DNA of 64,000 nucleotides from Candidatus Micrarchaeota archaeon (GTDB lineage Archaea; Micrarchaeota; Micrarchaeia; Anstonellales; Bilamarchaeaceae): NCBI GenBank assembly GCA_040754495.1, contig JBFMCO010000022.1, positions 18,233 to 82,232 of the forward strand, read 5' to 3'. Shown piece by piece: positions 1 to 10,900 of this stretch (position 1 is its first letter; each line of letters starts with the position of its first letter). The notes under the pieces were generated by a model. It saw only the letters and a program-made list of their open reading frames with translations, ran no database searches and was not told where the DNA came from. The position numbers and the translations under genes were made by a program.

Positions 1-315
1 AAAGCGTGTATACGGGGAATTTTCAATACGGATGGAAGCATATACAGAAGATACTCCAAAAAATATTCGAATCACTCCGCCTGCTACAGGAACTACGCAG
101 TGATTCAATTCAAGATGGAGAGCAGGAGTATCATTCGCTGGATAAAAACCAGTTTAGAGACGCATGGGATCCGGGTAAATAGAATAATAAAAACCTCGAA
201 TTGCAGGGTAATAAGGATAACCAACCAGGATGGGGTCCGCCGATTTTACAAAGATATAGGGTTTACACACCCCTACCATGAGAGGAGATACCGCAAGATA
301 ACCGGAGTTGGCTGA
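1..315 (+). CDS. LAGLIDADG-type homing endonuclease, C-terminal fragment; the 5' end lies outside the window
   Basis: Frame +1 is open from base 1 to the stop at 315. The translation KACIRGIFNTDGSIYRRYSKK... contains a second-LAGLIDADG-like motif (GIFNTDGSIY). The region is about 45% GC against about 65% in the flanks. Confidence 0.5.
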   Translation, partial: KACIRGIFNTDGSIYRRYSKKYSNHSACYRNYAVIQFKMESRSIIRWIKTSLETHGIRVNRIIKTSNCRVIRITNQDGVRRFYKDIGFTHPYHERRYRKITGVG

Positions 316-374
316 AGAGCGGACGGCTGTGATTAGACTTTAAAAGGGGATGGGCCAAAGATTTATCCGTTTAT

Positions 375-540
375 GGGCCCATAGCTCAGCTTGGTAGGGG
401 GGCCGCTCTTATTATAAGAGAGGCCTCGCCGTAAGCGACGGACTCTTATCTTTTGGAAAGGCACTTACAGCCCGTTTTGGGCCGCCTTTTCCCAAAAGGC
501 GGAAATCCGTGTGTCGAGGGTTCAAATCCCTCTGGGCCCG
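375..540 (+). tRNA. tRNA-Lys(CUU) with two introns, one in the D-loop region and one at the canonical 37/38 site
   Basis: The acceptor is GGGCCCA/UGGGCCC with discriminator G. The T-arm is GAGGG-UUCAAAU-CCCUC. The anticodon stem ACGGA/UCCGU flanks the loop CUCUUA|intron|A. The 5' GGGCCCAUAGCUCAG and 3' GGUUCAAAUCCC..GGGCCCG match the archaeal tRNA-Lys pattern. The mature RNA needs removal of about 35 nt after GCUCAGCUUGGUAG and about 55 nt after position 37. Confidence 0.6.
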
Positions 541-541
541 T

Positions 542-564
542 CCCCTTTTTTAGTAAAAAAGGGG
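542..564. terminator. Perfect inverted repeat CCCCTTTTTT-agt-AAAAAAGGGG immediately 3' of tRNA-Lys; a hairpin or oligo-T terminator, or a recombination-site candidate
   Basis: Read directly: 10-nt arms with a 3-nt loop, T-rich on the tRNA strand. Confidence 0.4.
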
Positions 565-576
565 CCAAAAAACTAA

Positions 577-1545
577 TTGTTTGTCAACCCCCCGTGGTTA
601 CCATTTATCCAAAAAATCCAGCGGATTAAAAACGCGATTAGCGATAAAATATTCATGTCACAGCCCCTGCAGAAGCCCGCGCAAGAGCACCAGCGCCTCC
701 AGACCACTCCCCGCATCCGCAGGCCTCCTTTCGTGATGTGCAGGGACATCGAGCAGGTGAGGGAGGTGCTGAGGATTTACGGCGCGATGGAGATGCACCT
801 GATGATGTCCGGAATCCTGGAGAACAGGAAGGAGATCGGGAGCCTCATGTATGCTTATGACGAGACTTCGAGGCAGGCGCTCGCGCGCGCCCCGCCGATG
901 GTGGTGAGGGTCCCGCAGGGCCTTCTGGACCAGCTTGCGATAGCCGGGGGCGCGAGCGGTGCCTACGTCCCGGGGACCAATATCGTCCTCGTGTCATCGT
1001 CGCCGGCCCGTTTCCCGGACGGGACGCCGCAGAGGGTGGAGGACATAATAACCCACGAGACTCTCCACTATCTCGACTATCTCCTTCATGCCAATCGCAT
1101 GGCCTTCAGGAGCCGGGGGCGGCTTGTGAATCCGGAGCCGCCGAGATTCTTCGACGAGGGAGCGACCAACTATGCTGCCCTCCAGGTCGTCAGCGGGATG
1201 CATCTGCCCGGAAACCGGGAAGCACCTGCCAACTACGCATATCCGACGGCAGTGATGGTGGCAATCGAGATGCTCGCAGGCATCGAAAGGCTGGCTCCGG
1301 CCATGCAGAGCGGCAACTGGGAGCATGTGCAGCAGGCAATCGACCAGAAGCTCGGCCAGGGCAGCTTCGAGCGGATACTGGATTGCGGCAACGGCGCGGA
1401 AGCCATCGGGCTCATACTGGAACTGGATAACGGCCAGCCCCCCTTTATAGACAGGCAGCTTCTCGAGCGGCATCCGGTCATGAGGAGGGCGAGGCGCGGA
1501 ATCGAGGCCATGAGGCCGCCGTCCATGGCGGGCCAGGAGATATGA
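577..1545 (+). CDS. Hypothetical protein with an HExxH motif (ITHETLHYLD); putative zincin-like metallopeptidase
   Basis: 322-aa ORF. It has a lone HExxH followed by LD, the same local pattern as the C-terminal segment of the giant ORF. The start could instead be at the internal Met (MSQPLQ, about 655). Confidence 0.5.
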   Translation: MFVNPPWLPFIQKIQRIKNAISDKIFMSQPLQKPAQEHQRLQTTPRIRRPPFVMCRDIEQVREVLRIYGAMEMHLMMSGILENRKEIGSLMYAYDETSRQALARAPPMVVRVPQGLLDQLAIAGGASGAYVPGTNIVLVSSSPARFPDGTPQRVEDIITHETLHYLDYLLHANRMAFRSRGRLVNPEPPRFFDEGATNYAALQVVSGMHLPGNREAPANYAYPTAVMVAIEMLAGIERLAPAMQSGNWEHVQQAIDQKLGQGSFERILDCGNGAEAIGLILELDNGQPPFIDRQLLERHPVMRRARRGIEAMRPPSMAGQEI

Positions 1546-1616
1546 ATCGACCGGCGGTTCGCTAGCCATAAAAAGCGTCTCCTGCATATCCATTCGCCGC
1601 TCCGGGTGCGAACTAC

Positions 1617-1946
1617 ATGGCGAAGGAAAAAATCGACTGGTCACAGCCCCCCAACCCGTCACTGCCGTTTATCAGCCCGGAGAACATAGGCGAGGTCGAG
1701 AAGGAGGCGCTGGCGATGGCCAACAAGGCTATTTCTCTCCTTGAGCAGGCGATAGCAGCCTGGGACAACGCTAAGGACAAGCCGCCTGAGCTGAAAGGGA
1801 CGATTCAGAGGTACAGGCGGTTCCACGAGGCGCTGAGCGACTGGGAGAAAAGGATGCTGCAGTCCCTGGGGAAGGCGGATTTCAATGCCCGGGTGAGGAT
1901 GCTCGAGGAGTTCGTGAGGATAAGCAGGGCATACGAGGGTAACTGA
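1617..1946 (+). CDS. Small hypothetical protein (109 aa) translationally coupled to the giant ORF
   Basis: Its stop TGA overlaps the ATG of the giant ORF by 1 nt (..AACTGATGG..). Same strand, no gap. Confidence 0.5.
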   Translation: MAKEKIDWSQPPNPSLPFISPENIGEVEKEALAMANKAISLLEQAIAAWDNAKDKPPELKGTIQRYRRFHEALSDWEKRMLQSLGKADFNARVRMLEEFVRISRAYEGN

Positions 1947-4900
1947 TGGGCCAGAAACCTGCGGAGAGGCAGCCCGAGGTGCGGGACGAAGGAGTCAGGG
2001 TCGCCCAGCCGCAGGTCCCGATGGTTCCGAGGGAACAGCCGCGCGGCGGCGCGAATGAAGCAGCCGCAAATGCCGCGACCGGCCTCGGCGTTATGGGCAA
2101 GTTCGCCGCGGTTCTCGATTTCATAATAGCAGACCCCAGCAGGGCCGAGGGGAGGCTCGCTGAATTCAGCCGGCGCCTGGAGCCGTACCGGGCGGATTAT
2201 CCCGAGGAGACGCGCATCGCCCTCGGCCTTTTCGGCGCCGCGTCACGAATGTACAGGGAAGCGCAGGACGCGCGGGCCCATGGAGACACGCAGCGCGCGC
2301 AGGAGCTGGAGGATTCCGCGAGGGCCCATTTCAGGGAGGGCATGGCGAAGGCCGGCTCCGTTCCCGGCATGGCGCAGGACATACACAGCCTGGCGGGTGC
2401 GGGAGCGTCGCCGGAATGGATTGAATCGCGCAAGGCGGCTTTCAACGACGTGGGGCTCGGGACGTGGAACAGGGCTATCGCCATCGACCAGGCGGTGGAG
2501 TGGCGGGTGAAGAACGACGCGATAATAGATGCCGGAGGCCCGGCTGCGCGGGAAGCAGAGGCCAGGATGCGCGATGAGGCAGTGAGGCTGGCCGAGGGCT
2601 CGAGGCAGGGCCAGGCCTTCAGCGAGCAGGATTATCAGGACACGATGAGGCGCTTTTCGGAGGCTTCCGCGCCTGTCACCGCCCTCGCAGCGCACATCCA
2701 CGGGGCGGCCGCGCTGTTCCACCAGGCCGCGATGAGGCAGGGCGTAAGCGAGCAGTACACGAAGGCGATGGAGGACCTGAAGAAGGAATTCGACAAGCTG
2801 CTCAAGAAGCTCGAGGAAGGGACCGCGACGAAGGAGGACGTGGAGAAGGCGAAGGAGCTGGCCGATGCAGTGAAGGCCGCTGAAACCGACCTAGAAGGGC
2901 TCTCGGGCGATGATGCAGTTACAGTCAGCGGAATCCATGCCCGCGGGCTCAGCGCCCTCAGGCAGGGGAAGGGAGAGATGGCGAGGGTGCAGCGCCAGCT
3001 CGCAAGGGAATACGCTAAAACGAAGGACCCCGGGATGAGGAAGAAGCTCGAGAGATGGAGCGCTGACCTCGCCAAGGGAAAGGCGCCGGAGGCCGAGTTG
3101 GAGAGGTGGCTGGAAGCGCAGAGGCCGGCGGAGTTCCGTGCGCTGACGACCGAAAACATAAAACGCGAAACCGCAGAAAGGGCGGGCCTGCTGCGGGAGA
3201 AGGGGTACGAGCGCAGCCATCCGCGCGAAACGAAAAGGATAGCTGAGCTGGACCGGGAAGCGGCCAAGGCGCTCGAAGAAGCGAAGGCATTGAGAAAAAG
3301 AGGCGACCTGGACGGCGCGGGGAAGCTCGAGGCGAAAGCGTTCAGGCTGCTTCGGGAGGCGAGGGCGAAAGTCCTCTGGCTCGAGCGGCTCGACAGGTTC
3401 CAGGCAAGGCTGGCCGGCATTAAGGAGCCTCCGGAAATGAAGAAGGCCGCGGAGGAGGTTTCGAAAGCGCTGGGCGGTGCATTCAATTTCATAGGGACGC
3501 AGGACGGGTGGCGGGCGAGGCTGGCATTCATCGCAGCGGACGTGTTCATCCGCTATGGCAAGGTTCTCCAGAGCAAGCCCGCGGCGCCGCTCCTCAAGGG
3601 CATCCTCAGCATCGTGGGCATCCTCTCGGACCCGAGGAAGAAGGTGGACGAGAAGAGGGCGCAGGAGGAGGTCGGAAGGCTGGAGCCGAAGGCGCTCTCT
3701 GCAGAGCTTGGCGGCCTCAAGGGCAAGGTCGATGACAAGGCGCATTCCAAGCTGACGGACGCGGTGAAGGCGGCATCAGGCTTCATAGGCACGAACCAGC
3801 AGTGGAGGGCAGCGTATCTCCTCAGGGGCGTGAAATTCTTCCTTGACAACCGGGAGAAGATTGGCACGCGGGGGAAGCTCTTCGAGGGCATCATGGGATT
3901 CCTCGGCAGGCTCGCCGACCCGAAGGGGGAGATAGGGGAAGAGGAGGCGAAGAGGGAGTTCGCGCGCATCACCGGGATACCTGCGGAAGCGCCGGCGCAG
4001 GCAGGCGGAAGACGGGAGGCGGCACTTACGGTAGCCGGCCTCAAGCAGGCCGGGGAAGGGTTCGAGAAGCGCCTCCGCGCCATACCAGGCCACGAGGAGC
4101 AGGTGCGCTCCATAACCGAAACAGTGAAGCTCGCCGGGGAGGAGTTCAGGGCTGGCAATGTGAAGAAGGCGCAGGAGCTCCTCGCGCTCGCGGAGAAGAA
4201 GGCCGCCGCCCTGGAAGGCGTAGTGGAGAGGGAAAAGAGGATAGACGCCTCAGGCGCGCCCGAGGAGGCGAGGGAGAAGCTGAAGAAGGCCGGCCTCGCG
4301 GCATTCAACGACTTGGGAAAGCAGAGCGGGGGAAGATTCGACACGGTAGTGAAGGCCACGGACCTGTTCCTGGGGGGGATGGAGCGGAAACTCTGGCTCC
4401 AGCCCGGCGGGGAGACGGCGGCCCTGAAGCTGCTCGATTTCATCGGCAGGCTGGGCGAAGGCGCGCTGCAGGGGCTGGAATTCGACTCCCAGGCCGCCGA
4501 ATCCGAGCTGTCTGATATATCGGCGCAGGCCGGGGAACTGTGGAAGGCGATGCTCGGCGCGTCCATCACCGAATGGCTCAGGCTGATAGAGGGATGGCGC
4601 ACGATGGGCGGGCTCGGCACGGCGAACGCGAAATTCCTGGACGACCTGGCAGAAAGCTACAGGGCGCTGCAGAAGCGGCTCGAGGAGGGCGCGAAGGCTG
4701 AGGACATCGAGCAGGAGGCATCGGCCCTCGAGGCGAGGGCGGAGCACGCGAAAAAAATCGGGGAGGAGCTCGAGGAAAGGGAGCGGGCGGTTGCGGTCTT
4801 CAGGGGGGACGTCGAGGACTTCAAGGCTGATACCGCTGCGTTCCGGGCATCCGAGCGGTTCAAAAAATACGCGGCCGATGCCGAGCCGTACGTGAAAAAG

Positions 4901-7900
4901 GCCGAGGAGTGGGAGGAGAAAGCGGCGACGTTCATGGCGGAAGCCGAGAAGCTGGAGGGCGACGCCAAGGCCGAGATGATAAAGAGGGCCGCTGATGCAG
5001 TGAAGCGCTCTGAGGAGCTGCTCGGCCACGCAGGGAAGATAATCGGGCTGCGGGAGGCCGGAGCGTCCGATGAGGTCGTTTCCGCGTACAGGAAGGCGGC
5101 GAATTCGTACATCGCAGTCTTCGAGCCGGCGCCGCCGGGGCTTGCAGGCGAGGCGCAGATATTTCCGGACGACGTTCTCGCCTACGCGGCAATCGTGTTC
5201 TCTGCAGCCGACAGCTACCTGTTCTTCAGGAAGCACGGGAGGGCCGAGGCGGAGAAGCGCGCCGAGAGGCTGGTTCTGGGCACGACCTTCGCCTCCCGCA
5301 TCGCGGATGCAGAAGCCGAGCTCAGGGGGCTGGACGGCGAGATGGAGTATGCCGAGGCTATTGACAGCGACACTGCGGCAAGGAAGCAGAAGCTCATGGA
5401 TTCCGCGACCGAACTCCGTGGCGACAAGAGGAAAGTCCCCAAGCCCCGCGAAGGCAGCGCGGAGTGGTACGGGCAGATGGCCCTCGATGCCTTGGAGCGG
5501 GGGGACTTCGCGGTTGCCGACCTGGCGGTGTATCGCGGCATGTTCGAGAAAGTGGCGCCTGGGGGCGGCAGGAACTACGTCCCGGAAGACATTGAGCGGG
5601 ACATAAGCGCGGTGCTCAGGGGAGAGAAGGTGCCGGCCGCCGGGGAACTGGACAGATACCTGACGCTCATAGATTCTGCTTCGCTGACCGCGCAAGCTGA
5701 CCTGCTGAAAAGGGACAACCCGGTTTCCGGCTCCGCGGAGGAGAGGGAGAGGAAGCAGAGGGTGCACAAGCTCGCTGAAGAAATAAAGAGGAGGGCGGAC
5801 GCGCACGATTTCGCGGGAGCGGAAAGGCTCCTTGAGATGGCGACGGTCTATACCGGCCTCGCAAGGGACAAGAAGTGGAAGGCGTTTGCCGGCGCGGACA
5901 GGATGGAGGCGGCCCTCGATGCCGAGCTTGCGGGCGGCGACCATTCCGGAGAGTTCCAGGCAGCGGTCGTGTACCAGAAGGCGAGCGAGGAGACGGCCTC
6001 GTTCCGCGCCTCGCTCGCGGATTGGGGAGCAGGGCTTGCAGAAAACAAAAAGCTCGTGGAGAGGGGCCTCCTGCGCGTGGAGCAGCTTGTCTCCGAAGGA
6101 AAGACCGAGGAGGCGGGCGCGCTCTTTGGTCAGCTCATGCTCTATGCCGGCGCGGTGAGGACCTTTGCCGCCCCGAAGAAAAGGGATGTGATACCCGGAT
6201 TCGACCCGGCATATGACAGCTCGAAGCTCGGAGGAATGGGCCTCGCGCTCGACGCGCTGATAAAGGGAGAGGCGGAGGTCGGCGGGAAGAAGCCGGAGGA
6301 GGTGTTCTCGCAGAGCTTCTTGGAGACGCAGAGGGAGTATCTCAACAAGAGGGCGGACGCGTATCTCAGGCTTTCAGAGAAAATGCCTGTCGGCGCGGAA
6401 ACGGTCGGGCAGGGGCTTGCCGAGGTACGGAGAAGGGCTGCGGAAGGGGACTTCGAGGGGGCACTGCGCCTGCTTGAGATGGCCGGCAACTACTACGGCG
6501 AGGCAGCCCCCGGCAAGCAGGCCGGGTGGAGATACAGGGATGCGACAAGGAAAGGGCCGGGCTACGAGAGGGGCAGGCAGGACATGCTGAACGCCATAAG
6601 CATGGAGATTGCGGCCAAGGACCCGGCGGACCATGACGAAGCTCTGGAGACGTTCAACAGCGGCAGTCAGAGAATATCTGTTGCAAAGGCCGCCATCGAG
6701 CGCTACGAAATCGTGGAGCGTAATATCTACAACGCCCTTCCGACAGCGGTGATAGACGAATGGGACCACCACGGCACGATTGCGCTGCGGGGGGAACCTA
6801 CACCCGAAAACGAGGAAGGGCCGGTGCTGGGCCGCGTAAGCATGGAAAAGATACGCAGGTACGAGAGCGAGCACCCCGATGATACGGCTCTCGGGGGAGG
6901 TCTGAGTCTCAAGACACTCCTTACGAAAATGAAAAAAGCGGCCGAAGAAGGGGACGACGAGGCATTCAGGAAATACGAGAAGGCGTTCTTCTCAAGGCTA
7001 TACCTGGTCGCTGGACGCATCTTGAGGCGGGAGCAGCTCGAGGAGAACAGGCAGGAGGTAAAAAAGTACATAGAGGTCCTCGAAGGCTTCACGGCGGCCA
7101 TTACAATCGACCAGCTTGTGCCTTACGGATGGCTGGAAGGGGACGATGAAAGGCTGAAGAAGGTCACGGCTCTTGAAAAACAGCTTAAAAATAACGAGAT
7201 AAGCAAGGCGGAGTTCGAGAGCAAGCTGAACGTGATTCTTTCCGAGCGCCTGCAGATGATAGAGCAGAACAAGTTCACGGACAAGGTCCCGGGGCCCATG
7301 AGGGAAACGGTCCGGCAGCTGGCGCCGAGGGCGAAGGCGTTGCTAGAGAGAGCCCGGGGCCTTTATGGCAAGCTCGAAAAGATGGACAACAACAGCAGTG
7401 AATTCCCGCTCGAGGAATACAAGCAGGTCGTAAAGGACTTGAGCGCGCTGACGGAGGAGTACCAGACACAGAGGAAGATTTCGGTCGCCTATTCACATAT
7501 CGACCAGCAGCTCCAGATGAATAAGAGCTACCATGAGGCCATCGCCGGAGAGGGCGCGTTAGCCTCGGATTACCCAGACGCTTATGGGAGGGCGGTCAAG
7601 TTCCTCGGCTTCTCGAACGGACATTTCAAAAAAGCCCAGGAGCTTCTCCTTAAAGGAGAGTTCAAACAGGCAGGCGCGGAGTTCGAGCGCGGTATAAACC
7701 GCCGCGAGTGGGCGCTGATGGAGGCCGACCCGAACGTGCTCTTCGGCCAGGCGAATACCTACCTTGGAAACCTCCCGATAAGCATGCTGACAGGAGTGCC
7801 CATCATCCCGGAATCCACGACAGCGATGGACGAGGTCAGCATGATCAAGCACAGGCCGGGCTGGGGCGTGCTGAAATTAGCCGCAAGGGGGAGGGGGGAG

Positions 7901-10900
7901 GACCCGTACAAGTATACGTACGGGTGGGCCAAGCAGCAGATGGAGAACGACCAGGACGTCAACCTTGGCAATCCGGCGAGGCCGGACTATGTGAAAGACC
8001 CCCAGCAGAGCTGGGCTTACTATAATTACAGCCCCATCACCGAGTACGGCGCCGACTTCATGGGCTACGAGGAGCTTGGAGGGCGGCTATGGAACTCGGT
8101 CCTTGAGGGAGATGGCAGGAAAGTCCAAAGATACCAGAAGCAGATGCTGGTGATGGAAGCCTCGGTTTTCTATATCCCGGTAGATACCTTCATAGACGGG
8201 ATAAACTCCAAGATTACATACAAGGACTGGCAAAAGAGGATACACTTCCAAGCCATGTATAACGGCGACCTCGCGTATGATGAGCTGTTTGGCGACTGGG
8301 GGCTCATGGACGCGAGGACCGGGGCCAAAATCGCAGAAGGCGTCGGGATGTTTGCGCTCTCCATCGCCACGATGGGCCTCGGGAGCGTTGGTTTCGTCGT
8401 GGGCGGGGGGAAGATGCTATGGGATGCCATAGACGGGATACAGAAGGACCTCGCCAAGTACGGCGAGGTAACCACCATGTCCTGGGTCAACCTCGGCCTC
8501 ACGGTCGTGGGACTCGGAGCGAGCGCAGCAGCAGGCAGGCTGGTGAAGGCGTCCCAGACGGCGATTGAAGCCGCAAAGCTTGGCGATGCTGCTAAATTCA
8601 CCACGCAGGTGGCGCGCGCCGGGAGGTTCGCGACCGCGGCGAGGGTCGTCGCCTACACCGATATAACCGTCAACGTAATCGGCATGGTGCCGCAGTTCTA
8701 TTACGGAATCAAGCTCATGGCGGAAGGGAAATACGCCGAAGGCACGCAACAGCTCGCTTTCGGCGCATTCTCGGCCTTCATGGCGTACCATGGCGGTGTG
8801 CAGCAGCTACGCGGCATGAGGGGCCTGAAGACGGAAATCGCGAAGATGGGGGCGCTGAGAGAGGCGCATGCCAAGGCCCCAGAGGTCTTTGCAAGCCTCT
8901 CTACTCCGGAGGGGATGTTCTCGTTCCTGCAGCGCGTCCGGGCGAGGGACCCGGTCTCGCTCGTCATCTATGACAACCTGCCGAAGCCCCAGCGCATACT
9001 TTTCGACGGGATGCTCGCTGACCGGAACGTCGTTTCCGCGCTCAAGAAAAACGATATCGGCTTGGCTAGGGGCGCCTTCGACAGCGGGCTCGAAACATTT
9101 AAGCAGCTATCCGACCTTGGCGGAACAAGGGCGCTCACGGACGCGGCGCATCTTGGCACGCAGGCCGGCCTCGAGCCGTTCATGAGAGACCTCCTGATAC
9201 CTGAAAGCGCGACCGGCCCGCAGCGCACGCGGAGGGACGCGGCGTATGCGAGGCTGGGGGAGATGAAGAAGCGGCCCGAGACCGCAGAGGCCGCGGCCAC
9301 CATAGAGACGCTGCTCAAGGACAAGGACGTGCAGAAAGGGAACGAAACAGGGGTTCTGAAGATAGGGTGGGCTGCCGACGAGATACGGAGCCAGCAGATG
9401 CAGACGATTAACAGATATACCGATTCAGTCGTGAGCGGCGAGCAGGCCCGCCTCGGATTATATTCGAGCGAAGGCGAAGCCGCGCGCGCGAACGCGAAAA
9501 GGATAGGGGATTCCTACCTTGCATATGCCAGGGCGAGGAGCGAGGGGAAGCCGTTCGACTGGGATTATCACGCAAAACGGATGGGCATGGGGCCGGAGGA
9601 TGCCAAAAAGCTGTTTGCGAAGCTGGATGCCGTGCCGGACGCGAGGACGGTAGCGGGAGTGATATCCAGGGAGGGCGTCCGCCAGGCAGTCCGGAATAGG
9701 GTGGCCCTTGACGGGCGCGCGATACTCGGGGACACGCCGCTTACCGAGCTCGCCGGCGAAGGGGCGCTGTTCTCAAGGTGGGGCGAACTCACCCCTGAAG
9801 ACCTTTTCGGCATGGCGCTAAACAGGAGGGAGAGGGCTGCAGAGGAACTCGAAGGGGCGGGCAGGGAAACGGATGGGAGGCTGGCCGCGGCAAAGAGGGA
9901 ACGGGCGACCGCCCTCTCGCGCGAGGCCGATGCCCTAGATGCAGAGGTAAAAAGGCGGCAGGCGCCCGAGGAGGTATTGACGCCCGATTCACTCCGCAGC
10001 GGCGCAAAGGAGAAGTTCGGGCGGGCCCAGCGCCTGCGCAGCGAGGGAAGGGACGAGGAGGCATTCGCGCTTGAGAGCGAAGCGAGGCGGAGCATAGCGC
10101 TCGCGGCAGACCTGGAGAAGTTCGGCGAATACGGCATCGTCCGTGCGACCCCGGACGGGCAGTTCATACACAGGGATTTCCCTGACAGGAGATTCACAAG
10201 GGCGGAGCTGGATGACGCTGCCATACTCGTGAGGGCCATCAGGAAGAGGGGCGTCCCGACCGACAAGCGCCTTCTGGCCATATACGACGCGCTGCCGAAA
10301 GAGGTCAAGAAGGATTACCGGGGCGGCGAGGACGCCCTGATGAAGTCCGTGCTCGATGTAATCTATTCACGGAGGGGGCAGGCGGCCGAGGCGGCGGCTC
10401 CGGTGCTCCGCTCCGAGGAGCTGCCGGTCCCCTCAGACCCGGCCCTTGCCGCAGTGGCCGGCATGACGGTGCCCGGGACGAACCTCAGGTGGGGAGTGAT
10501 ACCTCCGGACCAGGTGCTTCAGTGGCAGGCGAAGGTCTATGAGGCTTACAAGGCCGCGTACGGGAAAATCGGCCTCATCTACGACAGCCCGGAGGCGATG
10601 TTCGCGAAGAACCCAGAAGTCCTGGTCGCGACGGACGGCGAGGGGAGGATTGTCGCATTCACGATTCTGAAAAAGACCGCTTTCGGGACGAAGCTGTCCC
10701 TTGTCGGGGCGGTGCCTGACATCCCCGAGGGAAGGGCTGCCGCAAGGGCAATGATACAGGGCTTTCCAGCTCTCGAGGGTGCCTATATCACGGCACCGGG
10801 TGCTCCTGCGCATCTTGCAATCAAGGCCGGAGTGCCGGTCGTCCCTTACGATTCGGCAAGAATCATCCAGGGCGAGGTTCCGGCCGAGGCCGGAAGCCCG

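Noticed and set aside
406-425. CTCTT-ATTATAA-GAGAG hairpin resembling a tRNA-Ile(UAU) anticodon arm
   Set aside because: It lies in the proposed D-region intron. The D-stem to anticodon-stem spacing is wrong, and no adjoining variable loop or T-arm exists.
480-502. GCCTT-TTCCCAA-AAGGC hairpin resembling a tRNA-Gly(CCC) anticodon arm
   Set aside because: It is part of a 9-bp hairpin module also present in the tRNA-Ala D-loop intron. The flanks cannot complete a Gly tRNA. A Lys(CUU) fold with ACGGA/UCCGU accounts for the whole gene.
994-1662. ORF on the minus strand overlapping 577..1545
   Set aside because: Arg/Pro/His-rich low-complexity translation. The sense-strand ORF has normal composition and an HExxH motif.
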